Shown here in pieces: positions 25,058 through 37,628 of a DNA stretch of 64,000 nt. The translations under genes were made by a program, and so were the position numbers. The stretch covers positions 106,332,001-106,396,000 of the forward strand of contig NC_058368.1 in assembly GCF_018350175.1 (NCBI RefSeq), written 5' to 3'. The notes under the pieces were generated by a model, which saw only the letters and a list, made by a program, of their open reading frames with translations, did not search any database and was not told the origin of the DNA. The number at the start of each line of letters is the position of its first letter. Positions within the stretch are counted from its first letter, which is position 1. Origin of the DNA: Felis catus (Eukaryota).

Positions 25058-25736
25058 TGTAGTAGACTGAATCACGGCTCCCAAAGTTATCTGGTCCTAA
25101 TTCCTGGAACCCGTCTGTGTTTCCTTCTACGCTAAAGACGGTCTTTGCAAATGTCATTAAGTCAAGGAGGATGTAGAGATGAGGAGATTATCTGGAGGTA
25201 CCCTAAATGAAATTACATGTGTCCATATAAGAAGAAGGCAGAGGGAAATTTGACCACAAGAAGTTGCTAAATTGATGCAGGCAGGGATTGAAGTGATGTG
25301 ACCATAAGCCAAGGAATGCCAACAGCCACCAAAAGCTGGAAGAAGCAAGGAACACACTCTTCTCTCTTGTCTCCAGAGGCAGCATGGGCCTGTTGACATC
25401 TTAATTTCAGCCCAGTGATACTGATACTGACCTCAGATTTCTGGCCTCTTGAATTGTAAGAAAATACATTGTGTTTTTGTTTTTATTTTTTATTTTTTTG
25501 AGTTTATTTATTTTTGAGAGAGAGACAGAGAGAGCGAGCAGGGGCGGGGTAGAGAGAGAAAGACAGAATCCCAATCAGGCTGCGCGCAAACTCATGAACT
25601 GTGAGATCATGACCTGAGCCGAAACCGAGAGTTGGACAATTAACCAAGCGAGCCACCCAGGCGCCCCTAAACCCGTGTTGTTTTAAGTAACCTCGTTTGT
25701 GGTCATTTGTTACAGCAGCCACAGGAAACTACTACA
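25058..25736 (+). mobile_element. MLT1C/D-like solo LTR with an antisense CAN-SINE inserted (25474-25667)
   Basis: tgtagtagactgaat start; aagccaaggaatgcc..cagccaccaaaagctggaagaagcaagg; end tttgtggtcatttgttacagcagccacaggaaact. Confidence 0.88.
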
Positions 25737-26249
25737 GATACTGAGACTTGTGCTTCTAACATGCTAAGCATTATAAAACGTTTGCTATTAGCATTCCAAG
25801 AAAATGGCCAGAACTGCACATGCTGAAGTACTGAGGATTAGACACTCAAAGACTAGTAACTATATATTTTCAAGGAGTGTGTTTGTGTTTACTTGACTAC
25901 TGAAGGGATTTCCAGACAGAAGCTTATTCTGAAGAGGCAAGTAAAAAGAACCTGCTATGTGGCATCCCACCTTCCACCAGAAAACATTTTAATCAGAAGC
26001 AACAAGGGAGAAGGACTTGAGAGCCTTAGAGGGAAGCAATGGCCACATTCCACAGCCTTCTCCTTCTGCTTACTTAAGATAATGTCTTACTCATGGTCCA
26101 TGCAGTAAAATCACGTCGAAGGGGATGTGACACAGTTGTTAAGGCTTTAAAACAGTGGCCCTGAGCAGTATCTAGAGCTAAAACTTTGCCTCCCAAAGAA
26201 TAAGAAACTCATGCAAGAGCAGGTGGTCCACTAAAGTGACTGAGAACCT

Positions 26250-26485
26250 TTGGAGTCCGATAAACTGACCTCCTACTGGGTCCCTACTCTGTTAGTTACA
26301 AGTTACGGATCCCAAGCAGCAGCTCCACCTCTCTGGCCCTTAGTCTCCTTTGTAAACTGAGAAGCGGGGAGGAGGGTGGACAGTGAAGACGCATTTTCTC
26401 ATTGGATTATTGTGCGAATTAAAGAACCACATGTAAAATGCTTAGTCTTAGACCTCGTGAGCAGTACATATTCAATAAATGGTAA
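26250..26485 (+). mobile_element. MIR
   Basis: ttggagtc.gata...tgtaaa...gaattaaa..catgtaaaatgcttag...tcaataaatg. Confidence 0.6.
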
Positions 26486-26895
26486 CCGGAAAAGATAAGA
26501 CCAAGGCACAGATTCACTCAGGAACAATGGACGTTTACATAGACAATTGATTTAGGTGCGTCTGAGGAAATGTACAAAAAATTGTACGCCAAAGATCCCA
26601 CCATGTTTTTCAGGTTAGCCCCAAATATTCTTTGCCTTACTCTCTAAAGCATGAAGGTCTGGTGGCACAATGTCTGGGGGTAGCCTATTAGGACTGGAGA
26701 GGTTATTCCTGAAAAGAAAAGCAATAGAATAGTCCAACTTTTCAATAAACTTAAAGTGGGGAAAAATCCTGCCAGTGAAAGTAGATTCTGGCATTAAAGC
26801 AAAATAATAATTATAGAAATCCTATTTTTGCCAAGTTTTAGCTCCAGAAAGGAGGTTATGAGAAATCACTTAACTTCATCATAGCCAGATTAAAA

Positions 26896-27183
26896 ATTTT
26901 TTTAACATTTATTTATTTTTGAGAGAGAGAGAGAGAGAGGGTGCAAGCAGGTGAGCAGTAAAGAGAGAGGGGGAGTGAAGGGGGTGGGGGGGGACAAAGG
27001 ATCCAAAGCGGGGGCTCTGCCCTGACAGCAGAAAGCCCAGAGGGAGAGAGGGAGAACCCTAAGCAGGTCCTGCACTGTCAGCATGGAGCCTGACGCCGGC
27101 CTCGAACCCACAAACCCGTGAGATCATGATCTGAGCCAAATTCAACAGTCAGATGCTTAACCGACTAAGCCACCCAGGCGCCC
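26896..27183 (-). mobile_element. over-long chimeric CAN-SINE
   Basis: one head, two middle segments, TSD agccagattt. Confidence 0.85.
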
Positions 27184-27449
27184 AGCCAGATTTTAAATTT
27201 TAATGGAGGTGATAGAATCGACAATATAAAGTGGCCACAGAGGCCATGTAGAAAAGCCAGACATGCATCACCCAAGTGGAAAAAGCCTGAAGCTCCTTGT
27301 CTGCTTCCACGGCAATGCTTGTGTTGAAAAGCATCCCAAGATTGTGAGCTGTGTAATGAAGTGTAAACTGAGCCAATTGCAACCTGCTGCCTTCATGAAG
27401 CAAGGCCAGAGATGAAAGGCCGAATTTGGCTAATCTCATAATAGTTCAC

Positions 27450-27840
27450 ACCCCTTGTTCTTTTCATCCACTAGAAGCCATTCCCTCCTTCTTCCTTAAG
27501 AGCACAATACCTACTTCAAGTCCAAGGGTGGGCATGTGACCCGCTTCTGACCAATGATATGTCAGGAGAAGTTTGCTCAGGGGTTCTGGAAAATATTTTT
27601 TTTTCTTTAATAATTGCAAGGGAAGGAGAGTGCCCTTGTGGCGCCCTTGCTTTGAGCCACTGAATATAGTTGTGCGATGCTTGGAACTGTACGTAGCCCC
27701 AGTCATGAGACCGTGAAAGGAAGAGTAAGAGAATTAGAGAGAGATCTGCTTTAAATGATGACCTCACTGAGCTGCCGCCACCACCTTCTTCGGGACTTCT
27801 AGTTACATTCAACATGTAACAGTTTGTCAGACATTCTGTT
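27450..27840 (+). mobile_element. old MaLR LTR (MLT1K/L-like)
   Basis: agggtgggcatgtgacc..ttctgaccaatga; gatgcttggaactg; ggacttctagtta. Confidence 0.55.
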
Positions 27841-27857
27841 TCTTGAAAATAAAAGGG

Positions 27858-28304
27858 CAGTAGTCCCTCTTTATCTGCGACAACTACATTCCAAGACCCC
27901 CATTGGTGCTTGAAACCATGGGCATTACCGACCCAATATATACTATGTTTTACTCCTATACGTACATACCTATGATGAAGTTTAACTTCTAAATTAGGCA
28001 CAGGTGTGACACAGAGATTAGCAATAACTAATCATCAAATAGAACAATTGTAACAATATGAGAGAAGTTATGTAAATGTGGTCTCTCTCCCTCTCTCTCA
28101 AAATACCACATTGTACTGCAGTCAGACTTCTTCTTATGATGTGAGATGATAAAGTGCCTACCTGATAAGTTGAAGTAAGGTGAATAATTAGCTATTAACC
28201 TTCTGAGGATACATGAGAAGAAGAGTCATTTGCTTCTGGAAGGTGCTTGATTGCTGGTAACTGAAACAGCAGAAAATGAAACCACAGATAAGAGAAAACA
28301 ACTG
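27858..28304 (+). mobile_element. MER44-like Tigger (Tc1/mariner) non-autonomous element
   Basis: TIRs cagtagtccctctttatc ... gataagagaaaacaactg followed by TA; internal ttccaagacccc and tacatacctatgat motifs. Confidence 0.8.
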
Positions 28305-28569
28305 TATTTGTAATTGATAGAATCTTGACAAATAAATGCAGGCTGTCAATAATTTAGGTTTAAGGACCTTGGAGCACACAAAGACGTAAATCATAAATTC
28401 ACTGGAACATCTTCAGGGAGAGGGTAGGATATAACTTCGAATTACTCAACCAGAGAATAAAAAGAATAAGGAAAAAGGTAAATCAATTACATTTAGTTAT
28501 TCATTGATTTGTTCATGTATTCGTTGAGTTTGTATTATTCAACAGGCACTGTGCTCCTGGGAATACTTT

Positions 28570-29024
28570 TCTTTTTCTTTTTCTTTTTTTTTTTTTTTCA
28601 ACGTTTATTTATTTTTGGGACAGAGAGAGACAGAGCATGAACAGGGGAGGGGCAGAGAGAGAGGGAGACACAGAATCGGAAACAGGCTCCAGGCTCTGAG
28701 CCATCAGCCCAGAGCCCGACGGGGGGCTCGAACTCCCGGACTGCGAGATCGTGACCTGGCTGAAGTCGGACGCTTAACCGACTGCGCCACCCAGGCGCCC
28801 CTACTTTTCTTTTTCTTAAATGTTTACTTATTTATTTTTGAGAGAGAGAGAGAGAGAACAAGCTGGGGAGGGGCAGAGAGCGGGGAAGACAGAGAACCCC
28901 AAGCAAGTTCAGTGCTGTCAGTCCAGAGAGCCGAATGCGGGGCTCTAACTCATAACCATGAAATGAGGAACCGAGCCGAAGTCAAGAGTCAGATGCTTAA
29001 CTAACTGAGCCACCCAGGCGCCTC
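28570..29024 (-). mobile_element. young CAN-SINE (~28580-28801) inserted in the tail of an older SINE (28804-29024)
   Basis: inner TSD tacttttctttttctt; outer TSD ggaat(a/g)cttt. Confidence 0.92.
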
Positions 29025-29079
29025 TAGGAATGCTTTGATGTAAGAAAGGGGTGGGGTTTGTGCTTTCATACAGTGTCTA

Positions 29080-30270
29080 CACTTCAATACATAAACTTAT
29101 GTAAAAGAATATGGAATAGCAAGTGCCGAGGAAAAAATAAAGACAATAACATGATAAGAGTGAAGGGATAGGATTGAGGTAATCTACTGTAGGCTGGTTT
29201 GAAGGATGAGAAGGAGCCCAGCATGGGAAAATCTTGCGAAACGATCTTACAGGCAGAATAAGTGCAAGGCTTTGAAGCCACAAAATTCTAGAAAGTTTGA
29301 TGTGGCTGGAGCCATGGGGTTTAAGGAAAGGAAGACGGAACTGAGAGCAGAGAAGTAGACGTATGGGATACATCGGACTCTGTAAGGCCTAGCAGACCAG
29401 GCAAAGGAAATGGATTTCCTTTCATTTTAAATCTAGTTGGAAGCTAATGAGGGGTTGTGAGCAGAGAAGCGAGATGTTCTCATTTACTTTGTTAACAGTT
29501 CACTCTGCAGCGTGAAGCATGGCCCAAGGGGCAAGAGCTTAACCAGAGAAACCCCTGGCAACCATCCAGGAGAGAGCTGATGTGCTTCTACTAGGGTGGT
29601 GGCTGCTTGTGCACAATTGGTTGGTAGAGGCAATGGGCTTTGCTGGCAAAAGTTGGTGCTGGAGGGGATAAGTCCAGAAGGACTCACAGGTTTCTAGCTT
29701 GATCACTGGGACATGACTGCACTTTCTAAGATGAGGGAGGCCTTTGAAGAAAGATGGATAGAGGATGGGAATGAAGAGTTCCGTTTTGATCACAGGGTGA
29801 GAAGAGCTGGAGACACGAGGTGGAGGGGTCAAGGAGGCAGTGTGACATAGGAGTGTGAACTTCAGGGAGGAGTCAACACCGTAGATAAAACTTTGATTGT
29901 TGTAACATAGAGATGGCAATTAGGGACCAGATCATATCAATTAAGGAAAGTGTGCAGAGAGAAGAAAAGGACTCAAGACTGATGTCTGCTGTGTGCTGAC
30001 ATTTAGAAGTCAGATAACGAGAGAACCACAAGTTAAAAAAAAAACAAAAAAGCCTGCTGAAAGCAGTGAGTAAAAAGGAAAAGCAGGAGAATGTAAAGTA
30101 ATGGCAGTTACAACCTAAAAAGATTTCAAAGAGCAGAGTGATGAGAGCTGTGTGGCCTATGCTTGAAAAGTGTAGTAAGTTCAGAATGCAGACATGGTCC
30201 TCAGCCATAGACATAGTCACAAGACTGGCAAGAAGGAGATCATTGATGATCTTGACAAGAACAGTTTGAG
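29080..30270 (-). mobile_element. L2 LINE remnant
   Basis: purine-rich antisense L2 motifs (gaaggatgagaaggag, tcactctg, gatcattgatgatcttgacaagaacagttt). Confidence 0.75.
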
Positions 30271-30699
30271 CAGAACAAGTTTACAATTTGGCTTTTTCCT
30301 TTCCAGTCCAGGAGTCCCTTTGTTGAGAAATGAACCAGATTCCACATGAGACAGAGGCTTCCTTATGAGATACATGGTGGTTCTGAAATACAAAAGAGAA
30401 TGAATTATAAACACCTTTCTATCCTTCAAAGATGTTCATGGGGCAATGAATGTTTTAAAATAGATATGTGACTCCCAAAGTATGTTCTTTGAAAAGACAC
30501 TAAGAAAAGACAGAGTTAGGAATACCAGGCCAAAATTATGACTGCCTTTAATGTAATAATATATATCTAAATTATACCAAGAAATAAGGATAATAGATAT
30601 TGATGAATAAATAGTAAGTAAAATTATATATAATGAAAAAGAAAATAGACTCACTTATTTTCTTATTCCAAAGTTATTACTCTACCTGGATGTTTACCC

Positions 30700-32395
30700 A
30701 ATTTCTCTGCCTTTCATTCTCAATAGAACAAGGACCTCTGTTCCTATAAGAAGCACGAACACCGCCCCCCCCCCCCCCTTTCTGTGCTCTGGATTCTTTC
30801 CTTTTCAAGGATTGTGCTCCTTAAGTTATCCTCCCTTCTACTGTATTATTAATGTCCCCCTTTCTCCTGGTTAATTCTCACCACTGTATAATGCTAATCT
30901 AATGTTCCTGGCATTTCCTATCTTTGAAGAAATTCTTCTAAACTCGTGAACCTCTCAATCTAATGAATTGGTCCACTCATTTCTCATTACCAATTTTCTC
31001 TCTGAACTCAGTAAAACCAGGTCTTATCCCCTATGTTCCACTGGAACTGCCTTTGTCAAAATCACCAAGAGACTTTATGTCCCCTTATTTTTTCTGCTCA
31101 TTCTCAGCATGTTTAATGTCTCAGCAGTCTTTGACAAAGTTGGCCATCCTATCTGTTTCTGTCTCCAGACATTGCCCAATATGCCCCCAGGGAAGAAGCG
31201 CCCCTGGCTGAGAATACCTGGTCTAGAACAATCAGCCCTCACCTCTTGCCTGGATGACTGTAGTTGCCAACCAAACAGGGCTCCTTGCTTCTACTTTTGA
31301 CACTCACATTCAAGTTCCCACATACTACTAAAATGAGGTATTTTGTTTTGTTTTTGTTTTAAATCATAAATCATTTCATGTCATTTCCCTGATTAAAACA
31401 TTTTACTCAAATGAAACCGAATTCTTGGGGTGCTTAAGTGGCTCAGTCAGGTATGCTGAAGACTCTTGATTTCAGCTCAGGTCATGATCTTGTGATTTGT
31501 GAAATCGAGCCCCACGTTGGGCTCCACGCCGACAGTGCATGGACCCTCCTTCAGATTCCCTCTCTGCTTCTCTCTCTCTGCCCCTCCCCAGCTCGTGTTT
31601 GCTGTCTGTCAAAATAAATAAATAGACATAAAAATTTTTTTAAACATCCATATTCCTTATGTGGTTATAGCCATTCATCATATACCTTATCTCATAAGGT
31701 TCACTGTGTTCCAACCACACCGTTCCTCAAACATAGCAGGCTTGTCATACGTTAAGAGCCCTTGTACTTGTTCTTCCCTCTGGAAAACTTTTTCCTACCA
31801 CTCAGAAAACAGCTTAAATGTTGCCTTCTAAAAAAGCAGATCACAGACTATTTATTTAAAATACCCTGCATCCGGGGCACCTGGGTGGCTCAGTCGGTTG
31901 AGCATCCGATTTCAGCTCAGGTCACGATCTCGCAGTTTGTGAGTTCGAGCCCCGCGTCGGGCTCTGTGCTGACAGCTTAGAGACTGGAGCCTGCTTCAGA
32001 TTCTGTGTCTCCTTCTCTCTCTGCCCCTCTCCTAATCATGCTCTGTTTCTCTCTGTCTCAAAAATAAATAAAACATTAAAAAAAATTAAAAAATAAAATA
32101 AAATAAAATACCTGCATCCTACCACTGCCAAGGGACAGAAAGTATCTTGGTGATTTTGACAAGGGCAGTTCTAGGGGAATATAAGCGATAAGGACCAGGT
32201 TTTATTGCATTCAATGCAGTTTCTTTGTTTTTGCTAACTAGGGTTATTTCGTTCATTTGTTTGTTTATGTGTTTATAGTCTACCTACCCCAGTAGACTGT
32301 CAGCTCCATAACAGCAAGGAGCTCTGTAGAATGTTATCTTTCTTGTTCACTACAGAATCCTAAGTATATAATATTCATTGATTGACTGGATGGAA
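30700..32395 (+). mobile_element. L2 LINE remnant interrupted by two CAN-SINEs (31427-31644, 31874-32105)
   Basis: ccactggaactgc..ttgtcaa.atcaccaa, tcacctcttgcctggatgactg, tagactgtcagctcc, ttgttcact and terminal attgattgactg motifs; SINE TSD aaaatac(c)ctgcatcc. Confidence 0.75.
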
Positions 32396-32919
32396 AATGC
32401 AAGCAATTCAATTTTATATTAATATGAGTTTGAATAACATTATGAGAGATAGTCATAGCTGGATGTGCCAGCAATCAACTTAAGATCTTTGATGATGTTA
32501 TAATGAAATAATAAATCCTGGCCATAATTTTCTGCTAGATATCTCTAGTGGATGATCTTAAGGTTTCTCCTCTGGTTTTTAAATTTACCTGGTAGCTCTT
32601 CACGTCATTTGATTGTACCACATTGCCTCTATATATGAAATGACATCTTGACACTTGTCCTTTCCGTTGCAGAAAATTGTCAGAATCTTCCGTGGAGATG
32701 GGTGTAAAAGCTGTCTGATACTTGACACTCTTTGCTTTCCTTATCACAAGGTTTTCAGAAAATACCAGTGGGGTCAGATAATCTTGTTTGGAGCCTTCTA
32801 AGAAATCCAGTGATCCTCTACTAATAGCTGTTCCAGGATTAATTTACAATGTAGACAAAGCATTCACCCAAATACTAATATCTTTGATTGAGCATCCCTC
32901 TGATTTCTCAGTACAGTGA

Positions 32920-33380
32920 GCTTAAAGATACATTCATTGTAACAACCCTTCATCATACTTGTGGAGAGCCTACTGCGTGACAGGCGGTGTTCTAGGGCTT
33001 GCCATATAGCACGGAACAATAGAAACAAGTTTCTGCTCTCACAATACATACAACTGGGGATAAGTGCTAAGAATAAGAGAAGTGAAGCAGGAAATGGGTG
33101 CTTACTTACTTATTTACTGTAATCACAGTAAGTGATCTATCTTATGTCAGAAAGAAAGGGCGGATCTCCTTGATTTGAGGTACATATTTAAACATAGACC
33201 TAAATTCAGTGAGGCAGCAGGAACGCATAGAGATTCATTTAAAACCCAGATAGAATGTGGCTACCTGGGAGAAGAAGAGTTCTCAGGCAGAAAGAATGGC
33301 AAGCACAAAGGATGTGGAATGACACTGGGTCAGGGGGCTGGAATGAGAGTGAATGGCAGAAATTAGGATCAGAGAAATAA
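32920..33380 (-). mobile_element. L2 3' fragment
   Basis: cattcatt...gagcctactg.gtgacaggc.gtgttctagg antisense L2 end. Confidence 0.65.
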
Positions 33381-33389
33381 GACATTGGG

Positions 33390-34210
33390 TTGTACTTTTT
33401 ATTTTAAATTATTATAAGGTAAAAGTCTACATATGGTAAAATGGGCATGCAGATCCTAATTATACAAGCAAAAATAGAATATTTCCACCAACACAGAAAA
33501 TCTTGTGACCCCCTTCCATTCCTTGCAATCTCTCCATAGGCTACCATTGTTCTGATTTCTAATCTCTGGAAACCAGAGATTAGTTTTATTGTTTTTGGAA
33601 CTTCATTTGAATGGAATCACACAATATATACTCTTTTGTGTCTGGCTTCAGACACAGTCTGTGTTTGCTTTTGTGGTTGTTTTTTCAGATTGATTTATGT
33701 TGTTCTGTGTATCAGATATTCATTCTTTTTTATTTCTTGTGGTATTCTACTGTGGGAATGTATCACCAACAGTTTATCAAACCTCACTGGAATTTGGGTT
33801 ATTTCTGGTGTCTGGGTATCATAAGTGGAGCTTCCATAAACATTTGTGTATAAGTGTTTGTGGACATAGGTTTTCATGTCTCCTGCATAAATACTTTGGA
33901 TTGAGATTTTGTGGATGAAGAATAGATGTATGTTTAACTATGTAAATAGCTACAATATCAATTTTTCCAAAATGGGTTTTGCCATTTTACATACCTACTG
34001 CAATGTATAAAAATTCTAGTTCTGTATTGTTCTTATTGTCTTTTTAATTTTATCTATTTTAGTGTATGTTAGGTACTATTTTTATGTTGATTAAATTTGG
34101 ATTTTCCTGACAACTAGTGACATTAAGCACTTTCTCATGTCCTTGTTGGATATTTGTTCATCTATTTCTTTCTTTTTTTAAATGTTTATTTATTTTTGAG
34201 ACAGAGAGAG

Positions 34211-34258
<48 letters not shown>

Positions 34259-34950
34259 TGAGGGAGGAACAGAGAGAGAGGGAGACAAAGAATTTGAAGC
34301 AGGCTCCAGGCTCTGATCTGTCAGCACAAAGACCAATGTGGGGCTTGAACCCACGAACCATGAGATCATGACCTGAGCTGAAGTCAGATGCTTAACTGAT
34401 TCAGTCACCCAAGGAACCCCAATTGTTCATCTATTTCTGTCAAGTGCTTGTTCAAGTCTTTCCTCCCACTTTAATTGGGTTGTCTTTTTTTCTTAATGTT
34501 TATTTTGACAGAGAGGCAGAGAGGGAGAGAGAAAATCCTAAGCAGACTCCACACTGTCAGTGCAGAGCCTGACGAGTGGCTCAATCTCACAAACCATGAG
34601 ATTATGACCTGAGACAAAATTAAGGGTTGAGGCTTTTAACCAACTGAGCCATCCAGGCACCCCAACTGGGTCATCTTTTCATCACTCATTAGAAAGAGTC
34701 CTTTTTGGGGCTGCTGGGTGGTTACTAGGTTAAATGTCTGACTTCGGCTCAGGTCATGATCTCAGGGTTTGTTAGTTCAAGCCCTATGTTGGGCTCTGTG
34801 TTGACAGCTCAGAGCCTGGAGCCTGCTTCAGATTCTGTGTCTCCCTGTTTCTCTGTCCCTCCCCTGTTCATACTCTGTCTCTCTCTGTCTCAAAAATAAA
34901 TAAAAACATTAAAAAAAGAGTCCTTTTTGTATTCTGGCTATCCACTTGCT
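33390..34950 (-). mobile_element. old L1 3' remnant carrying three CAN-SINEs (34166-34420 -, 34484-34663 -, 34707-34917 +)
   Basis: aatggaatcacacaatatatactcttttgtgtctggctt and ccattttacatacc L1 motifs; SINE TSDs tgttcatctatttct and aaagagtcctttttg. Confidence 0.82.
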
Positions 34951-36221
34951 GGTATAGTGTCTCTTCTATAGTGGATCCTCTTGAGTGAGCATTACCATGC
35001 AACATGAAAATTGTCACACTTGGTGCTCCTTCCCATATAAACATTTTCATGTCACCATCCCATATCTCCTTGTTGTGGGCCCCTAAAACTTCTCAGATGT
35101 TCTCTCTCTTCTGGAGTTCTTGTGTCTTACCAAGGACTTCCACAAATAGTTTTTGTTCATCTTGTCCAATTAACAGGATGATACAATATAGTGGACAAAT
35201 GTGATGTTCTGCCAGTTTGTCTCTGTATTATGACAGAGGGAAAAACAGTTAACATAGCTTTGGGTTGAAAAGGTACATGTATGGCTCATGTAGGAGCTAC
35301 CCTATATGCACTGTGTTCAGTCTATCTCTCCAAAGCTTTACCATGGTGTTAAAACTTGTATGCTGGGAGAGTGTTTCTTAACTGCTAACCTTTTTTGCTC
35401 TACATCTTTGATCACATGTCCTCGTAATCCAGTGTTACACAGAATCTCTCAGCTCTTCCTTCGGATTCTCTTATTGCTTTGGGATATGGTCCCTTTCCTT
35501 CCTTATTAGGCCCAGTGTATCTGTGGCCTAGTTTTGCTGTTACTTAAGGCTATGTTATGGGCCTAAGTACCAGGAGAAAAGATGGGAGGGAAATCCTGGT
35601 GGGAGTTCACATCTTGTTAAGGAAAAGCCTCTGCACTGTCTTCAAAAAAAAATAAAAAATAAAAAAAAAATGGAGGAATGTGTCATTAAGGAATCTGAGG
35701 ACTCATGATTTTGGGCATCATCAACCCTATCCCATGTGTCATGGTCCAGTTTCCAACGAGGGCTCTGGCTTTGGCATAGAAAATATGTACTGTTTAATAA
35801 GAGTTTAACCTTCTTTAGAGCTCTGCTACGTTTAATATTAACTCCTACTCTTGGTCCTGAGCATTCCCTGCCTTCCTACAGCAGGAATTAAGAGCCTCTT
35901 TCAATGCTACCAAATAGGCCTCTGGCTTTCGCATTTAGCTTTTAATTGCAAATTATCTTTTCCTTATCTTTTCCTAGGGCATCAGTGGAGCTTTGCAACT
36001 GCCACTCTTATTAGCATAGATTTTCACATCTGCATATGGAAGACCTTTCAATGGAGTAATAGCTGCCAAAACATTATTTTGGGTTTGACAGGTTCAGATA
36101 ATAAGAGTTTTTAATGGAATCTCCCAAAGTTTGAAGAGAAACCAGAAAACACATTATTTTTAGTGGTTTCTGTATAAGTAAGCAATAAAGGCCAAATGAT
36201 GGTCTTAGCATTATTTGAAAG

Positions 36222-36472
36222 CAGTAGTAAAGCTACTGGGAGCAAATCTGCCCCCTGGGGGATATTTGGCAAAATCTAGAAACACTTTTGATTATGAATA
36301 CCCGGAAGGAGCCAGGAGTACCGGCATCTACTCGGTAGAGGCCAGGGATGCTGCTAAACATCCTACAAATACAGGAGATACTGCTTCCCCACAGCCCCCC
36401 TTCCCACCAACTCTCCCCTATGAAAAAGTAGTATGCCTTCCAAATATCAACAGTTCCAGTTGAGAAACCCTG
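36222..36472 (+). mobile_element. MER20 hAT MITE
   Basis: ggcatcta.t.ggtagaggccagggatgctgctaaacatcctaca ... gttgagaaaccctg. Confidence 0.88.
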
Positions 36473-36493
36473 ACTTAAAAGTTACTGCCTTCA

Positions 36494-36710
36494 GGGGCAC
36501 CTGGGTGGCTCAGTCAGTTAAGCACCCAACTTCCAGTCAGGTCATGATCTCATGGTTTGTGAGTTTGATCCCGTTGTGCGGCTCTGTGCTGTGCTGACAG
36601 CTCAGAGCTGAAGCCTGCTTCAGTTTCTGTGTCTCCCTCTCTCTCTGTCCCTCCCCTGCTGCGTGCATGCTCTCTCTCAAAAATAAACATTAAAAAATTT
36701 TAAAAAAAAA
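36494..36710 (+). mobile_element. CAN-SINE
   Basis: degenerate TSD aaaagtta.t.ccttc. Confidence 0.92.
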
Positions 36711-37343
36711 GTTATTACCTTCTAAGAAGAGGAAACCCCTACTATCTAAAAAATGTTTAGACTCTTGATCCTATTTTCCCAGGACCTGGTGTTAAGGAAA
36801 CTTAGTTCATAGTATATGCTTCTTTAATTCCAGTTCATTGTATACAGTGCTTGACAGTGTGCATAAGGCAGAGGATTATTTTATTTGCAGGTGATCCACT
36901 TTACTGAAAAACAAACGCTCAGTTTGAATATAAAGTCTCGATTTTTACTCCCATCCAAGTGCCATCCCCAATCCAAGTTCTTCCTGAAATTGAGTTGAGA
37001 TAAAGGGAAGCCAAGATCTCAGATTCATTGCTAGAGATATTGTATTCCATGAGACTGAAAAAATATGAAATTCTGAGCCTCGGGTGGCCCTCTGGAAACA
37101 TTACATTCTGCGGTTCTTCTTAGGCTATCAGCCAGACCTACAGGTTTTGCGATTACTGCTGCCATCCTCGAGGAGGAATGACTGCAACCCTCTGCACAAG
37201 GCCAACAGGTAACGCGTCCCAGCAGATTCAGCCGGGCAGCCCTGGGTCCCACGTAAACTCCCCGCGAACTGCGCTCATTGGAAGGTGGGCGGAGCGCGAG
37301 GGCAGTGGGGGGGGGCCACAAACCTCCTCCGCGCACTAGACCC

Positions 37344-37374
37344 GCAGCCGGGCAGCCGGGCAGCCGGGCAGCCG
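37344..37374. repeat. (GCAGCCGG)x~4 promoter tandem repeat
   Basis: direct reading. Confidence 0.9.
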
Positions 37375-37628
37375 AGACAAGTCCGGGTTGGAGGGGGCGG
37401 TCCCGGCAGCGGGCGCAGGCGCTAGCTAGCGCCTTCACCCAGGCCCCACCGCCCAGCCCTCAGTCGCGGTCCGCCCCCTGAGGGGCGGAGGAGGGCGCGC
37501 GAGCCGCGGCCGCCAGGGCCCGCCCCTTCGCCTTCCAGAGCAAGCGGGCGGCGCGGGGAGGCGGGGCCCCGGCGGCCGGCCCTGTCTGCGCCTTGCTGGC
37601 CTCGGAGCTGGCAGACGCTCGGGGGAAC

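Noticed and set aside
27516..28001. 161-aa minus-strand ORF
   Set aside because: Spans the MER44-like and MLT1 fossils; no transposase or other motif
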